Below are positions 1 through 12,900 of a DNA stretch of 64,000 nt, piece by piece. The notes beneath the pieces were generated by a model. It had not been told where the DNA came from, did no database searches, and saw only the letters and a list, made by a program, of their open reading frames with translations. The stretch is from the NCBI GenBank assembly GCA_028534125.1, contig CM052818.1, forward strand, positions 16,990,001-17,054,000, given 5' to 3'. Numbering within the stretch: the stretch's first letter is position 1; each line of letters starts with the position of its first letter. The translations under genes and the position numbers were made by a program. The stretch comes from Lama glama (Eukaryota).

Positions 1-17
1 GGCTTAACAGGAATAAC

Positions 18-168
18 GTGTATCAGCACCACCAGAAGTGTGTTAAAAGTGCACATTCCCAGAACCCACCTCTGATCTCTTGTGTCAGAATTTCTGGGAG
101 TGGAACCCAAGGATTCCGCACTGCAGAGAAGCTCCCCAAGTGACTGCACACCTGAATTAGAGAACCTT
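18..168. mobile_element. MER5-like hAT-Charlie DNA transposon remnant
   Basis: Motifs 'tatcagcaccacc..tgttaaaagtgcacattcccagaacccacc..tcagaatttctgggagtggaaccc..ccccaagtgac..tagagaacc' resemble the recalled MER5A/B consensus; highly diverged. Confidence 0.55.
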
Positions 169-2492
169 CCATAGCTGTCAAGGTACAGACCATCAATATA
201 GAACACTGTGAAAACTAAAGTCAATGATGCAAACCGAGGCCTTTACTTTTTTGCATATTAAAATTCTTCTATCAGGCTGTTTGATTTGACTCAGGGTGCC
301 TTGTTTTATTTTGGCTGCTGGCCTGATGGGTCAAGTTCTTTATTTTATATCTTTATTTTATATCTAGGTGCTGTAACTGTCAGAGAAAAGGCTAATTTGA
401 ATCTTACTGGAAAAGTCTGCCACTCTCTGGGTCATAGAAGTTAAGCATGACCTTTAAGTACTTCATATTTTCTGAAAAATATGTCAGTATCATGTACATA
501 CGTAGGCAACCAACTGGCTTATAGATCACCTTTCAGGTCAGATATTCAACCACATCTACTTTCTCCACCGATAATGAAGGGACTATTTAGAACTACAATT
601 CATTTTTTATATTCCTACCAGAAGATGCATATAGACATGAAAAAAAAATGGAATATTTCTCTTTCTGGAATGAAGAGAAAAAAACAAGGAAAGTGAAAAG
701 AAAAGAAAACAGTCAACTGCATGAAAGGAGAGAAAATAAATTTCCGGGAATGTGCCGTTCCTGACTTGATGTTCTCCACCAGTAATTGAGCATCATAATT
801 ACTATTAGAATAGAAACACTTCAGACGAGGCCTGCAGTCAGTGATCAGCTGCTGAGAGGAGCAGGCGTGATCAACTTCGCTGGGATCACAGTCGTAAGAG
901 AGCAAACCACACAATCTGTACTGAGTGAAGCCTAGAATATTTAGCTTATGTCTCCTTTTCAAACTTCTACACTTGTTTAGAGCTACAGATAAATATGTAC
1001 TTACAAGATTATTGTATACATGTTTTACCAAAGGAGAGCTGTTTAGTCAAGCCCCTAAGATTTGATGCAAAACAGAGTAAAACTAATGTCATCTTGATTT
1101 TCTTCTAAACCTGCCTCTCAAGAAAGTATAGAAGAGTCAAGTAAAGATGACCCACGTAGATGCAGTACATATTTTTGTTCCTTGTTACTGCCTATCACTT
1201 CTATGTATAATAATCCTTTCATGTCCATTTTTTATTATCTACAGAACTCATCTCTCTTAAGACCTATGATATTCCTAAATTAAATTGAAAAACAGAAGCA
1301 CCAAGTGGAGCATACAAACAGAAAGTTTGAGCTCAGTAGATTTCTTCTAGTACACAGGATTCTGTTTTCTGAATCACAATCGAAGATTTATGTACTATTA
1401 CATCAAGTAACTCAGATTCCACTGGGGCCATTACCCTCAAAACCAGACACTAATTGGTTATTTGTAACTAAAAATACAGCAGGATACCCCAGTAAGAGAG
1501 TTATTACTATCACTGTCCTGTCATTCACTGAGTGAAATACTGAATGAGGGAAAGGCTTTTGTTAATTATACTATAAATAAACATGTAACATTTCAGTGCT
1601 TTAAATGATGCAATGGGGAAACGTTTGTGTAGAATGAAACCTGTTTTTACTGCTGATTAAATCAGAACTTTGTAATGTTGCCAGGCGATGGACCAAGTAC
1701 ACTTACAGAAAAATCAAATTTAATTGGACAATTTAATTGATCAAAAACAGATCAAACTGAGCAAATAAAAATCGGAAAACAGTGTATTTATATTGCCCAC
1801 ATCACGGACTGAGCCAAATTTATGCTTAAATTATTTAATTTATGTTTGTATTATACTATAACAAATGAAAAAAACAAAACAAAACAACAATAAAAAAACA
1901 AACAAAAAACTTTAATGAATGCTTCACTTGAGATGGGAAATGAGCATTAAGTGATTAATGGCCAATCCAATAGTGATAAATAAGTTAGTCATGTCTGCAG
2001 ACCATTCTGTTTCCCTATAATGTTTTATTTCTTTAGATAGATAACATAATTGCAGTTAATAATGAAAAAGTAAATACAGTCATGATTCATTATTTTTATC
2101 AGACTATCAGAATCAATTGTTGGATAAAGACACCAATGTTGATTCAGAATTTGCAAATCTTTAGAGAAAATTAATATTGACAATAGAGTTTTGACAATAA
2201 TCAACATTAATAATAAGGTTAGATTAAAGGAAATCAATTTTCAGCAGGTTTAGTCAATGGTTTACAAGCTATTTTTAAGAGTGGAAATTGGATTGAACTA
2301 GTAAAGGTGCTCTTTTCATTCTTATTTTAAGCTAATGGTATAATATATTTTAAAAATGCTTTAGCTACCTAAGAACTCTATTTTTTCCATGTTTGCATGT
2401 ATGTGTGTGTGGCGTGTAGTTCTGAGACGTTTATGTATCAAAGCTTTTCATGCGTTTTAATTACTAAAAGTCACTCTTAAATTACCTGAAGC

Positions 2493-2711
2493 CAGTGGTT
2501 GTAAATTAGGAGCGATTCTGTCCCTCACCAGAGGACACTGGGCAATGTCTAGAGACATTTGTGGTGGTCACAACCAAGGGGGGGCGCCACTGGCATAGAG
2601 TGAATAGAGGCAAGGGACGCTGCTGAACGTCCTATAATACACAGGACAAGCCCTCACGACAAAGAGTTATCTGGCCCCAAATGTCAATCCTATCAAGCTT
2701 CAAAAACCCTC
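2493..2711 (+). mobile_element. MER20 hAT-Charlie MITE, near full length
   Basis: Colinear with recalled MER20 consensus: 'cagtggtt..gggcaatgtctagagacattt..gtcacaac..ctggcat..acacaggaca..acaaagagttatctggcccc..aatgtcaat..aaaccct'; about 219 bp. Confidence 0.85.
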
Positions 2712-4324
2712 CCGTAAACCTGTAACTTTGATCCTAGTCTCCAGGAAATTGTTAACTCAGAAAGAAGCACTTTTGGGTGGAATGTAGAGCGCTGCATCCT
2801 GGTAGCACCTCTCTTCCTCAGGACCTCTGGACGGGTAATGCATTTACACTGGTAAACGTGAAGTCAGAACAAAACAAGGGCAAGTCGTCATTTCAAGATA
2901 AAATGGCTAAGATGAAACTTCAATAGCCCTAAGTGTTTTATTGCCTTTTTTTCTTTCTCTGACAGTAAACATCATATTTATGCTTACTTTCCGTTTTGCT
3001 GGGTGGGAAGATAGAACTCTAATGAACCATCAAATATCATAAAAAGGGAGTGAGAACAAATACCCGGCTCAAAGGTCCACTGCCTGCTCATATAAGGGCC
3101 TCATTCACTCTGGCAGTCTCTATAAAACAAATGAGCTGTAGAGAAATGCCTTTTTCTGGCTGTGTACCTATAACTTAAAATATTTTTCATCAGGAAAAAA
3201 AATAAACCACACACACACACGTCCCAAAACAACTATATTCCTCTGTCTATGAAGGCAGAGCAGACAAATTTCAAAGTATGCAGGGAATTTATTTCATTAC
3301 TAAATTATTTCAGGCAAATAAATTCAGAGAACAGAAAATGAAATATACAGGACTTCAACATATCCAAATGCCAATGAATGATAACTAGTTGAAAGACCAG
3401 CCTTTTAACATCCATCGAGACCAGTTATTTGGTTACAACATATCCATGTACTACTTCGCTTCAAAGTGAAGGATGTGTTGCAAGATAATCTACTTTTTAA
3501 ACTATTTCTACTTGGCCTTTGGAGTGAAGTGGTGTTAGCCTATTCTAATTAAATGTAAAAGCTTACAGGAAAAGGCAGAATTTTAAACTCTTACGAGTTT
3601 GAAGTCTTTGCCTTTCTTTTATTGCCAGTCTTAAATAAAATTTCACAAGAAGAAAGATGCCAAGATGTATTTGCCTTTCTGGATACATCTGTAAAATATT
3701 TAGGGAAAACGTCACCAAACCATTTTTATATATTTTATATTTAATTCATTTATATTCAATTATATTTCAAAAATTTTATTTTCTAAGCCACTTTCTAGCT
3801 AACAAATATGGGCACAAAAAATAAATTTTAAATTTTATAAAATTAACCATGAATATAGAGAAAAAAAGAAAATAAGAATAAAGAGATAGAAACAGGAGTG
3901 AAGTACACATAACGTATGGTTCTAGAGACTTTAAAAGTGGCCCCCATGTTTGATTCTTGTTCATTTAATAATATTTTTTAAAGTTTGCTGAAGCACACAC
4001 ACATACAAAAAAGTGATACAGAGAGAGACTAAGCTGCCATTTTTTGGATTCAGAAAGAGCATTAGATTGAATTAGGCTAACATTCCATGCATAGTCTCTC
4101 TCTTTGTACCACCAACTCTTCTACAAGCCACTAGAAACTTTGGGAATGTTAGCTTAAATTTCAGTAAATGACTACAAAATATGAGCTTAGTATATTCCAA
4201 AATTGGCTAAGATACCATAGTCTCATTTTAGTAACACTTTAGCCTTTGTCTTTTCATTGCCCTAGCTTAAAAAAAAAGACCCTAAGCCTGTCAATGACTG
4301 GATAATTCCCTTTATCTTGTCTGT

Positions 4325-5215
4325 GCCATGGCCCCTCAGTTAGTACCCACACCCAGATGCTCCACATATACATTACCCCAGCACAGATCTCTTTTCTCAG
4401 GTCCAGATCCATATACTCAACTGCCTATTTGGCATTTATCGTAGATGACCACAAGATACCTCAACTCTTACTCCTGATATCTCCCTCTAGTTCTTTCTAT
4501 GCATCTGATGTCTTGACAGCTTTCTATCTTCACTACCTTTATCCAAGTCCAAGATATTATAAGTGGAACTACTGCAGTACCTTCCTAATAGGCTTTCATA
4601 TGTCTATTCCAAACACTCCTAATCTGTGAAAACAAATCTGATCATATTAACTCTTCATAAAACCTTAAAGAGTATTTCTTTGCTATTTTAAAATAAAAAC
4701 AAAACACTTTAAATGACCTAGAAGTCTTGGATTGTTCTAGAAACAAAATTCAGTCCAATTTTAAACCTCTCCCTCTCCCTGCTCCCTGTATTCCAAGTAC
4801 AATAACCTTTCAGTTGCATTATCCCTCCTTTGTCCTACCACAGGATCTTTGAACATACTGTATTTTTCTACATGGAACATCTTTTCTCTCCTCTCCAGGG
4901 TCATACTCAGTCATCTTTCCAATACAGTCACAAATGCCATTTCTTTGGAAAAATTTTCTCAGAGCCTTTGACTAAGCCAAATCTGACCAGAAGAGACTCC
5001 TAGAACTCCATGTTTCTCTCCTTCCTAACTGCCTGATGTGGTTGCAATTTTAGGTTTATCTGTGGAATTACCTAGTTAGTGTCTTTGTCCCTTAAAAGAA
5101 TATTAAAGAGGGCAGGAATCATGTCTGGTTTTGCTCATTACTAGACCCGCAGATCTTATAGTCATGCTTGGCACCTACTGCAGACCCAGTAAATATCTGT
5201 CAAATAACTAAATGG
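4325..5215 (+). mobile_element. L2 LINE 3' portion
   Basis: L2 hallmarks 'ccatatactcaactgcctatttggcattt', 'aaatctgatcatattaactct', and tail 'tgcttggcacctac..cagtaaatatctgtcaaataactaaatg'. Confidence 0.7.
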
Positions 5216-5419
5216 ATATGGTAGTAATATCTCAATTTAAGAATAATAAAAACTATTTGAGGTGTCTGTCCTAATTTCTGAAGCAGTGATACACTGTGGG
5301 GAGAAACACATTATTCTGACAATGGTATGAAAGAACAGTGCTAGAAAAGTATTAAAAGAAAACCATAATGACTTGAGACCTCTCACTTACAGAACTCTAA
5401 CCTGTACCACTTAGATATA

Positions 5420-5590
5420 CTATTTTATTTAATCATCTCAATTGCTCTATGAGACAGATGGCATTCTTCCTATTTTAAATACGAGAAAAATTTTAAAGGT
5501 TAAGTAAGTTGTCTAGGGTCTTACAAAATGTACATGGTAGAGCTGGGATCTGAACCCAAGTTGCAAGTAATTCTAAAATCCATGACTTTA
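5420..5590 (-). mobile_element. MIR SINE remnant
   Basis: Reverse MIR core 'attttaaatacgagaaaa..aggttaagtaagttgtctagggtc..ggtagagctgggatctgaaccca'. Confidence 0.65.
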
Positions 5591-5964
5591 AGGTTTATGC
5601 TTATATAATCTTAGTAATATTTAAGTTACTGTTTGTGGAAGGAGGACCCAAACACTTTTTTTTAATGTTAATAATTCTCAGCCATTTTATAAATTTGGAC
5701 TATCACCCTCTACAGAAGAGCCTTGTTCTATTTTCCATGTAAATATATACAAGGGTAATAGTTTTCAATTTTCTTTTGTCACACTTTTGACTATAAGATG
5801 CAGCTATTCAATGAAAGTCAGTTACTAAAATGGTCAAAATATTTCATTATAAAGAAGTTTATTGACAATAACCCAAAGACATAACAACGATCCCATGTGG
5901 AAGATAGTCTTTCTCTTCAAGATCTTTAAAAAAATCAAGAGTACAAGAACCTTGTAAGAAAACA

Positions 5965-6207
5965 CTTGGAATCCCCCCGCCTGTTGGGCAGGAACACAAC
6001 CCCTGACCGAGGTGCTGGGAGAGGGCACGACCTGCCCTCCTGCCTGGCCAGTCTGCCACACCTGACTGCGGCATCCGGAGGGGCAGTGACCCGCCCCCGC
6101 CCGCAGCAGAGGAGAGCTGCATCTGACCCCGTGTTAGGAGGAGGCGCGATCTGCTTGCCGACAGGTGCTGGGAGCAGCACAGAAGAGGGCGCCAACGGAG
6201 GGCCTAT
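5965..6207. promoter_or_regulatory. Shoulder of a probable CpG-island promoter, truncated by the assembly gap
   Basis: Abrupt switch from AT-rich to GC-rich DNA with many CpGs; tandem GC boxes 'cccgcccccgcccgc' near 6090-6104; CTCF-like 'acagaagagggcgc' at 6179-6192; runs directly into the N gap. Confidence 0.6.
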
Positions 6208-6707
6208 NNNNNNNNNNNNNNNNNNNNNNNNNNNNNNNNNNNNNNNNNNNNNNNNNNNNNNNNNNNNNNNNNNNNNNNNNNNNNNNNNNNNNNNNNNNNN
6301 NNNNNNNNNNNNNNNNNNNNNNNNNNNNNNNNNNNNNNNNNNNNNNNNNNNNNNNNNNNNNNNNNNNNNNNNNNNNNNNNNNNNNNNNNNNNNNNNNNNN
6401 NNNNNNNNNNNNNNNNNNNNNNNNNNNNNNNNNNNNNNNNNNNNNNNNNNNNNNNNNNNNNNNNNNNNNNNNNNNNNNNNNNNNNNNNNNNNNNNNNNNN
6501 NNNNNNNNNNNNNNNNNNNNNNNNNNNNNNNNNNNNNNNNNNNNNNNNNNNNNNNNNNNNNNNNNNNNNNNNNNNNNNNNNNNNNNNNNNNNNNNNNNNN
6601 NNNNNNNNNNNNNNNNNNNNNNNNNNNNNNNNNNNNNNNNNNNNNNNNNNNNNNNNNNNNNNNNNNNNNNNNNNNNNNNNNNNNNNNNNNNNNNNNNNNN
6701 NNNNNNN
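6208..6707. other. Assembly gap (500 N)
   Basis: Run of exactly 500 N; the round number suggests a placeholder size. Confidence 0.99.
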
Positions 6708-7669
6708 AAAAAAAAAATTGTGAGTTCCTTCTCCCTGCTCTTTAGAAATCTCTTGATCTAGGTATCAAAATAAAATAAAAACTGTTCCTTACATTTTTTT
6801 CTAAAGAAACTGAACAATCAGTAAATATGGTCAGTCTTTATTTCTTCACTCCAAGATATGCCCTACCAAAATGTAATACAATAGGAAGAAAATCTGTCAT
6901 TTTATTAGCACATAGTTAACGGTCTATACTGGAGAAGGAATCTAAGGACTTTTCACCTTAATGCTATTATTACTAGTACAGCAGGTTCACAGAAACTTCG
7001 AGTTTAATGGCATAAAAGAGACGGTTTAAACTGAGGACACCTAGAGAACGTGTCATCTTAGTCTTATGTTTTATTTCCTCTCAACTTTTCTTTTCTTCTT
7101 TGTTTCGACCCCACCACTTACATAGTATCTTGTTCAGAAAAATTACCGTGGGCCTGGCAAAGGATACAGTCACGTCGATACTGATTCCATAGAAATTAAA
7201 AGAAAGAGTTGTGTTCCATCACTTTGACAACTAAATTACATGAAACTCAGCTGGAGATCAGGTGCTGGTTACTTTTCCCAATGGAGCTGGTGGTGAAGCG
7301 GTGTCATTTGGCACGGCTATTCACAGTTTAGATGATTTCAGATTTGGACATCCCTTTAGACCCACTTGTGACTTCACTGACCAAAACATTTAAGCATAAA
7401 GTTTCATACAGCATCTTTGCAAAGAGGTCATTATTGTAGGGCAAGTATACATTTTGAGCAAACAAAGGAAACAAAATTTTAAAACAGTGACCATTTATTA
7501 CTGTCTCTGTTTAGTCTTCGATTATACGAGCATGTCTACTGTGTGCATAATTTGTATGCTCAGTAAGGCAGCAGGTTGACTGGGAAGAGTGCAACATGGA
7601 GTTTGAAGGATGTTGGTTGTATTTTATGTTTGCGGTAAGAATTACTGGGAATTATCGTATCGGAGCTGC

Positions 7670-8270
7670 TGTGTTAGTTTCCTATTGTTGCTGTAAGAAT
7701 CACCACAAATGGCTTAAAACAACACAAATGTATTAGCTCATTCTTCTGTAGGTCAGAAGTCTGCATTCAGTGTCTTCAGGCAGAGTCTTATGCTTAGGCC
7801 AAAATGAAGGTATTGGTAGAGCTACATTTCTTTTTGGAGGCTCTGAGGGAAAATCTGCTTCTAAGCCCATTCAGGTTTCGGCCGAATTCAACTTACCTTG
7901 TGGTTGTAAGGCTGAGGTCCAGTTTCTTTGCCAGCTGTCCATAGGAGCCTGGATTTTGCCTAGAGGCTACCCTCTTCCCTTCTCATGCTTTCCACCTGTC
8001 CTTCCCCTTCCCCCTAGAAATGTCAAGTACCTTTCATGCTGCACACCTCTCTAATGATTCTGTCTGTTACATCTCTTCTTCTTGTAGACAAAGTTCTTTT
8101 AAGGACTCTTTCAATTAAATTGGTCCAACTTGATAATCCAGGACAATATCCCTTTTTTAAGGTCTTATATTATAAAATCCCTTTTGTCATGTAAACAACA
8201 TATTCCCAGGATCCAGGGATTAGAGTGTGGGCATCTTTGGGGGAGGTGGTGGTGAGAATGCTGTCTACCT
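7670..8270 (-). mobile_element. MLT1 (ERVL-MaLR) solo LTR, MLT1D/E-like
   Basis: Starts 'tgtgttagtttcctattgttgctgtaagaatcaccacaaatggcttaaaacaacacaaatgtatta' and ends 'gggattagagtgtgggcatctttggggg..ctgtctacc', the reverse of the recalled MLT1 consensus ends. Confidence 0.8.
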
Positions 8271-8804
8271 CAGGGAGTAAATCTCGAAAGATACAAATGG
8301 TGAGAATGGAGAGTTCACTTAGTGCTCTCTTTATCATCCCATACTCCAGGTTTTAAGATAAAAAAGTTTATTGAGGACGGGATTCAGCTTTCATTTTGTG
8401 CCATCTGCGTGGTACATAATAGAGACCCCACCAACACTGTTTGTGAATTTTCATGTCCCCAGAGAGGTTTACCAGAAACTTGGAAAGATAAGTAATACAA
8501 GTCGTCAGTTAAATAACACAGGTGACCAATGTGTTTTAAGACATATGTATAGAGAGAGAAGTTTTGGTCCCAGAACTAAGAAGATTTCTTGGAAAAGGTA
8601 GTACATTAGATGCTTTCAAAGCATGCTTAGGATTTGAAAGACTGGGGAAAAAAGAAAGAGAAATAGTCTTCCCATAAATAATGAATAGCAAAACAAGGAA
8701 TTAGGAAAGAGAAAACACTGATTTGGGGCAATTCTACCTGGAGGAAAACATTCTACTGAATACTTTCTAGGAAATAAAGGAACCTAGTTGGTGATATACT
8801 ATTC

Positions 8805-9233
8805 CAGGGCTTTTCAAATTTTTGGACTAAAAATCCTTTACATTCTTAAGATGTATTAAGGACCCCAAAGTACTTTTGTTTATGTAGGTTATTATCTATC
8901 AGTATTTATTGTATTGGGAATAAAAACTGAGAAGATATTTAACTGTTCATGAATTTATTTAAAATAACAATAACTGAGCCATTGCATGTTAAAAAATGTA
9001 TTCTAATGGCAAATGGCTGTGTTTCCCAAAACTACAATAATTTGGCGAGAAGGATGGCATTGTTCTGCATTATCAGACATCTCACATCTCCTCCTTGCGG
9101 TATCATGTTATTTTGCCTCTAGACAACTCCATTACACATTTGGGAGAAAAATGAAAATGGTTTTGACCCTTGGACCCCCTGAAGGGCTTTTGGGGACCAC
9201 CAGATGTTCTTGGATAACACTTTGAGATCTGCT
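8805..9233 (-). mobile_element. Charlie1-family hAT non-autonomous DNA transposon
   Basis: Ends 'cagggcttttcaaattttttgg' and 'ttttgacccttggaccccctgaagggc..acactttgagatctgct'; internal 'gaccccaaagtacttttgtttatgtagg' typical of Charlie1a/b. Confidence 0.65.
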
Positions 9234-9244
9234 TTCCTATATTG

Positions 9245-9945
9245 TCAACAAATAGCTACAGAACATCAGGTGCCAGGCCCTATTCGTAGGTAGAAAACAA
9301 AGGGTAAACAGGACAGAAAAGGACTCTGCCCTCACCATGCTTACCTTCTCATGAGAGGAGTCTGACCTTAAAATGAAAGAAATAAGATGCTTCTCGATGG
9401 TGGTAGAATCTAATAAAACAGGTGTTATGCTGAACCGTAAGTGGAGATGAGTCTGAGACTTAGATACAGGGTGCTCAGGCAAATCTGCTCAAGGCAGTGG
9501 CTTAAATCAAGAGCTACAGGAAGGACAGTTCTGTGAAGAACGAGGGAAAGCATTATACTCTGAGGGAACGGCTGGTTCAAAGGCTCTGATGTAAACTGAA
9601 GAGTTAAAGGAACAAAAATTCTCAGAGAAACTATTAAGAGAAGGAATCAGAGATATGGGCAAGGCCCATTTCATTTGAGGCCTGGTAGATCATAGTCAGG
9701 ATTTCAGATTGAATTCTAAATGTTATCTGAAGATTTTAAGAAAAGAATGATATAATCTAATTCACATTTTTAAAACATCGCTCTAGCAGCTGTATGTAGA
9801 AAGGGCTGTAAAAGAACATGAAAGGAAGAAGGGAGACCCTTGTTGCATTAAGCCAGATAAGAGATAATGCTGGTCCTTCCTGGGGACAGCAGAAGAGACG
9901 CTGTACAGTCATTAGATTCAGGATGGAGGTAAAACTGACAGCACC
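9245..9945 (-). mobile_element. L2 LINE 3' portion
   Basis: Reverse L2 tail 'caacaaatag..gtgccaggccctatt..ctgccctca', then purine-rich body and 'gattcaggatggaggtaaaactgacag'. Confidence 0.7.
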
Positions 9946-12900
9946 GATACATTAATTTTCCCTTTAGTCTGATTAAAATTCATTTATTTACCAGACCATT
10001 TCTCTCACTTGTAAAATTTGCTTTGAACTCTGTTCTAATCTCTCAAGGTCTTAGCATACTTTCCAACTTAATCATCACCCACAAATTTAGTGAGAATCCT
10101 CTCTCTTAGATATCATGATAGCATATTAATCATTTCATATCATAACTTACCTCATTGACCTGTGATAGTGAGTGTTTTCTAGAGCAACTTTTCATTTATA
10201 TTCAAAATGAAGATTAATGAACATTACTGTTACAGGCTATAATATGACCCTCAGACTTTTCTGTGCAAAATATTCCATTCAAAGTATATTTACCGTTGTT
10301 ATTTCTGCCTTCCCATCTCCCTCACACCAAATGCATCTTCTTCTCCTGGTTGTTAAAAGGTTACAGGCTGTTCTCATGGTCATATTGCTGATAAAATAGG
10401 ACATGTGTTTCTATGAACCAGATTTGTTCATTAGGGCACTTAGAGTTAATAAGAAGCTCTCAATAAGACAGAAGCAAAGATCTGGGGAGAAAAGTTGAAA
10501 TAAGAAATGATACTGTTTTCTGATTAAAGAGCTTATGCATTAGGCTATTTTGAGTAGACTGAGTAACTAACTGCTCAAATGGTATGATTTCATAGGCCAA
10601 GAAGATGCCCTTGGTCTTCAAAATGCCTGCTCTCTGACTGTTGCTAACACACGAAACTTCATAATTACCTTTTCTTCCACTTTTTTCAAATAAAGACTTT
10701 GCTGCCTATTAAAATTAAAGTACTCCTAAGAGAGACCCTGTGATCCTCAACCAAAATTCAACCTTTGATTTTAATAGGTGCCTTGGTTCCTTTATGGAGA
10801 GTTGCTTTGACAGGTACAGGATAAAAGGAGTAATAGTTCCTGGGAACCAAGAGGGAAATGAACAGACTTGGGGAGAAGAGGCAGAGAGAGTTTTCTCTGT
10901 CTGCCTCACCCCTCTGCCTGGCTTTCTTTGTCCTCTAGTTACCTAATCATTACTTTCTCTACCAAATTACAATTTAGCTGAGTGTAGAGGCGTGTTTTAA
11001 GAGTCCGATAGCCTTAGGTTTCTCACTCTCCATCAGAGCATTGCTTACTTCTAGGACTGCTTTTCCCTTATCTGTAAGAAATGAGATTTATAATATTGTT
11101 GGTCACCTGGGTGAAGTAAGGAGTTGAGTACATTTTAATTGCCATTAATTTCTCCACTGTATAGAACATTTTATGGTCTTCAAAGAGCTGTGCCTTGTAT
11201 GCTGTCTTTTAAAATCTCCAGAGTCATTCTGGTCAGGCTTATCTCTCCCCAAACTGTTTGAATATTAGTAAAACTGAGGCTCAGGAAATCAATGCACAAA
11301 GTCATATGGCCAAAAATGGTGTCTTGAACTTTTGATATCTTGATGCCGTCACCTCTCCCCACTGTATCCTTTTGACTTTTAATACCGTGTCCTCGATAAA
11401 AGATTTTTTAAGTTTCATAACGAATGTATTTTAAAACTTCAAATTCTGTTTGTCTTTTTGTACAATTATTTGCCTTAACTATACTCTAACATAATTATGT
11501 AATTAAATGATTACTTGGAAGGAGGAGCTAAATCTGTTGGCCTCTGCCTCCCAAAGAAAGGCAAAGCAGACTTGGTCTAATCTCCTTGTCCATTGGACCT
11601 TTGAGTAAATAGACTAACAATACTTTCTAGAAGGAAGAGATTTATGTCTATCTTTAGCAGGATGCCCCTGGTTAAAGATTTCCTATAGTAAGTAGAACCC
11701 AGCATCTATGAGGTAGGACTACCTGGGGCAGGTCACATCCACTGTACCACTGGATGGAGTATAAAATGCTTCATCTGAACTCCTCCATAGCTTATATCCT
11801 TGAAGTTACTTGGCAAGGTTGATATTGGGTAAGATCTTTAGTTCATGTGAGTCAGATTTAATAATCCAATCATGACATTTGTCTATGGATAATTCAGTCA
11901 TTTATTCTGAAGGAATCTCCAGTAGAAACATCAGAGATAAGAAGCCATCTTGTTCTCTTTGCCCTTCTCCAAATTGAAATGTTACTGACACAATATGTTG
12001 GTAAATAGTCTCCCTATTGAATTGGTAAAATCAAAGCCACTCTTTTAAGCAGTGAAAATGCCTGATTTAATTTCAGTAGTTATAAATCAAAATTAAGCCT
12101 AGGAAACCAGACCCATAAATGGCTGTAGAGAATCCAGGGGCTATTATTCTAAAGGCACTCTCAGATCAATTTGCATGGAGATGATGTGGCTGTGAGATAA
12201 GGAAATTGTCTTTCTGCCCTGTTAGGAGGAGGTACCAGGATTTAAAGCACCCAACAGGGAGGAAAAACAGCAATTAATTTGTTAAAAGTCAAGGAAAGAT
12301 TGTATTGCTAAAATGAGAAATAAAGTCTTTACTTTTATATTGACCATTTTTGTTCCATAGAACACTTTTCTGAGTTAAGTATGAAGATTGGACATAATTA
12401 TTCACCTCAGGGTCAATAAGATAAGACAAAGAATGTAACCCCTACCTACTCCTAGTCAAAGTAATTGGTTTGTTTTTTGGTAGATTTTTTTTCCCTCTAC
12501 CTTGAATTTAAGCAAATGAGGTGATGCTTCTTAGATTTTGACTTCGTAAAGAAGAACACACAAATCAGTCATCTTGAGTGTTCAATTTTAAAGAGACAAA
12601 CCTCAGGCTTAGAAATAATTACTGCAATAAACAGATAAGGTTATGAAAGAGACAGTGTTAAAAGTTCCTCTTTTTTTCCCCTCAAATTTTTTGCCATCTT
12701 TTCTTTCTTAGTCTAACATATTCATTTACAATGTTTTATTATATTCAAGTAATAGTTCATATATTTGTACTTGGTAGCCAGTGTTTAACAATGCATTAAT
12801 TTCTACCCATTAAGTCATATATACTTCAGTTTCCAAAAACTATAAAATGCTGTGAAGCATACCTTTCGGTTACAGACATATCTGTGATTTTGAAAATATA

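Noticed and set aside
615..1031. 138-aa minus-strand ORF
   Set aside because: Non-ATG start, no recognisable domain, and a low-complexity Phe-rich end that comes from a pyrimidine tract.
5966..6761. Longest ORFs in the track (259 aa and 198 aa)
   Set aside because: They are artefacts of translating through 500 N. The real part is GC-rich, stop-poor DNA with no recognisable protein.
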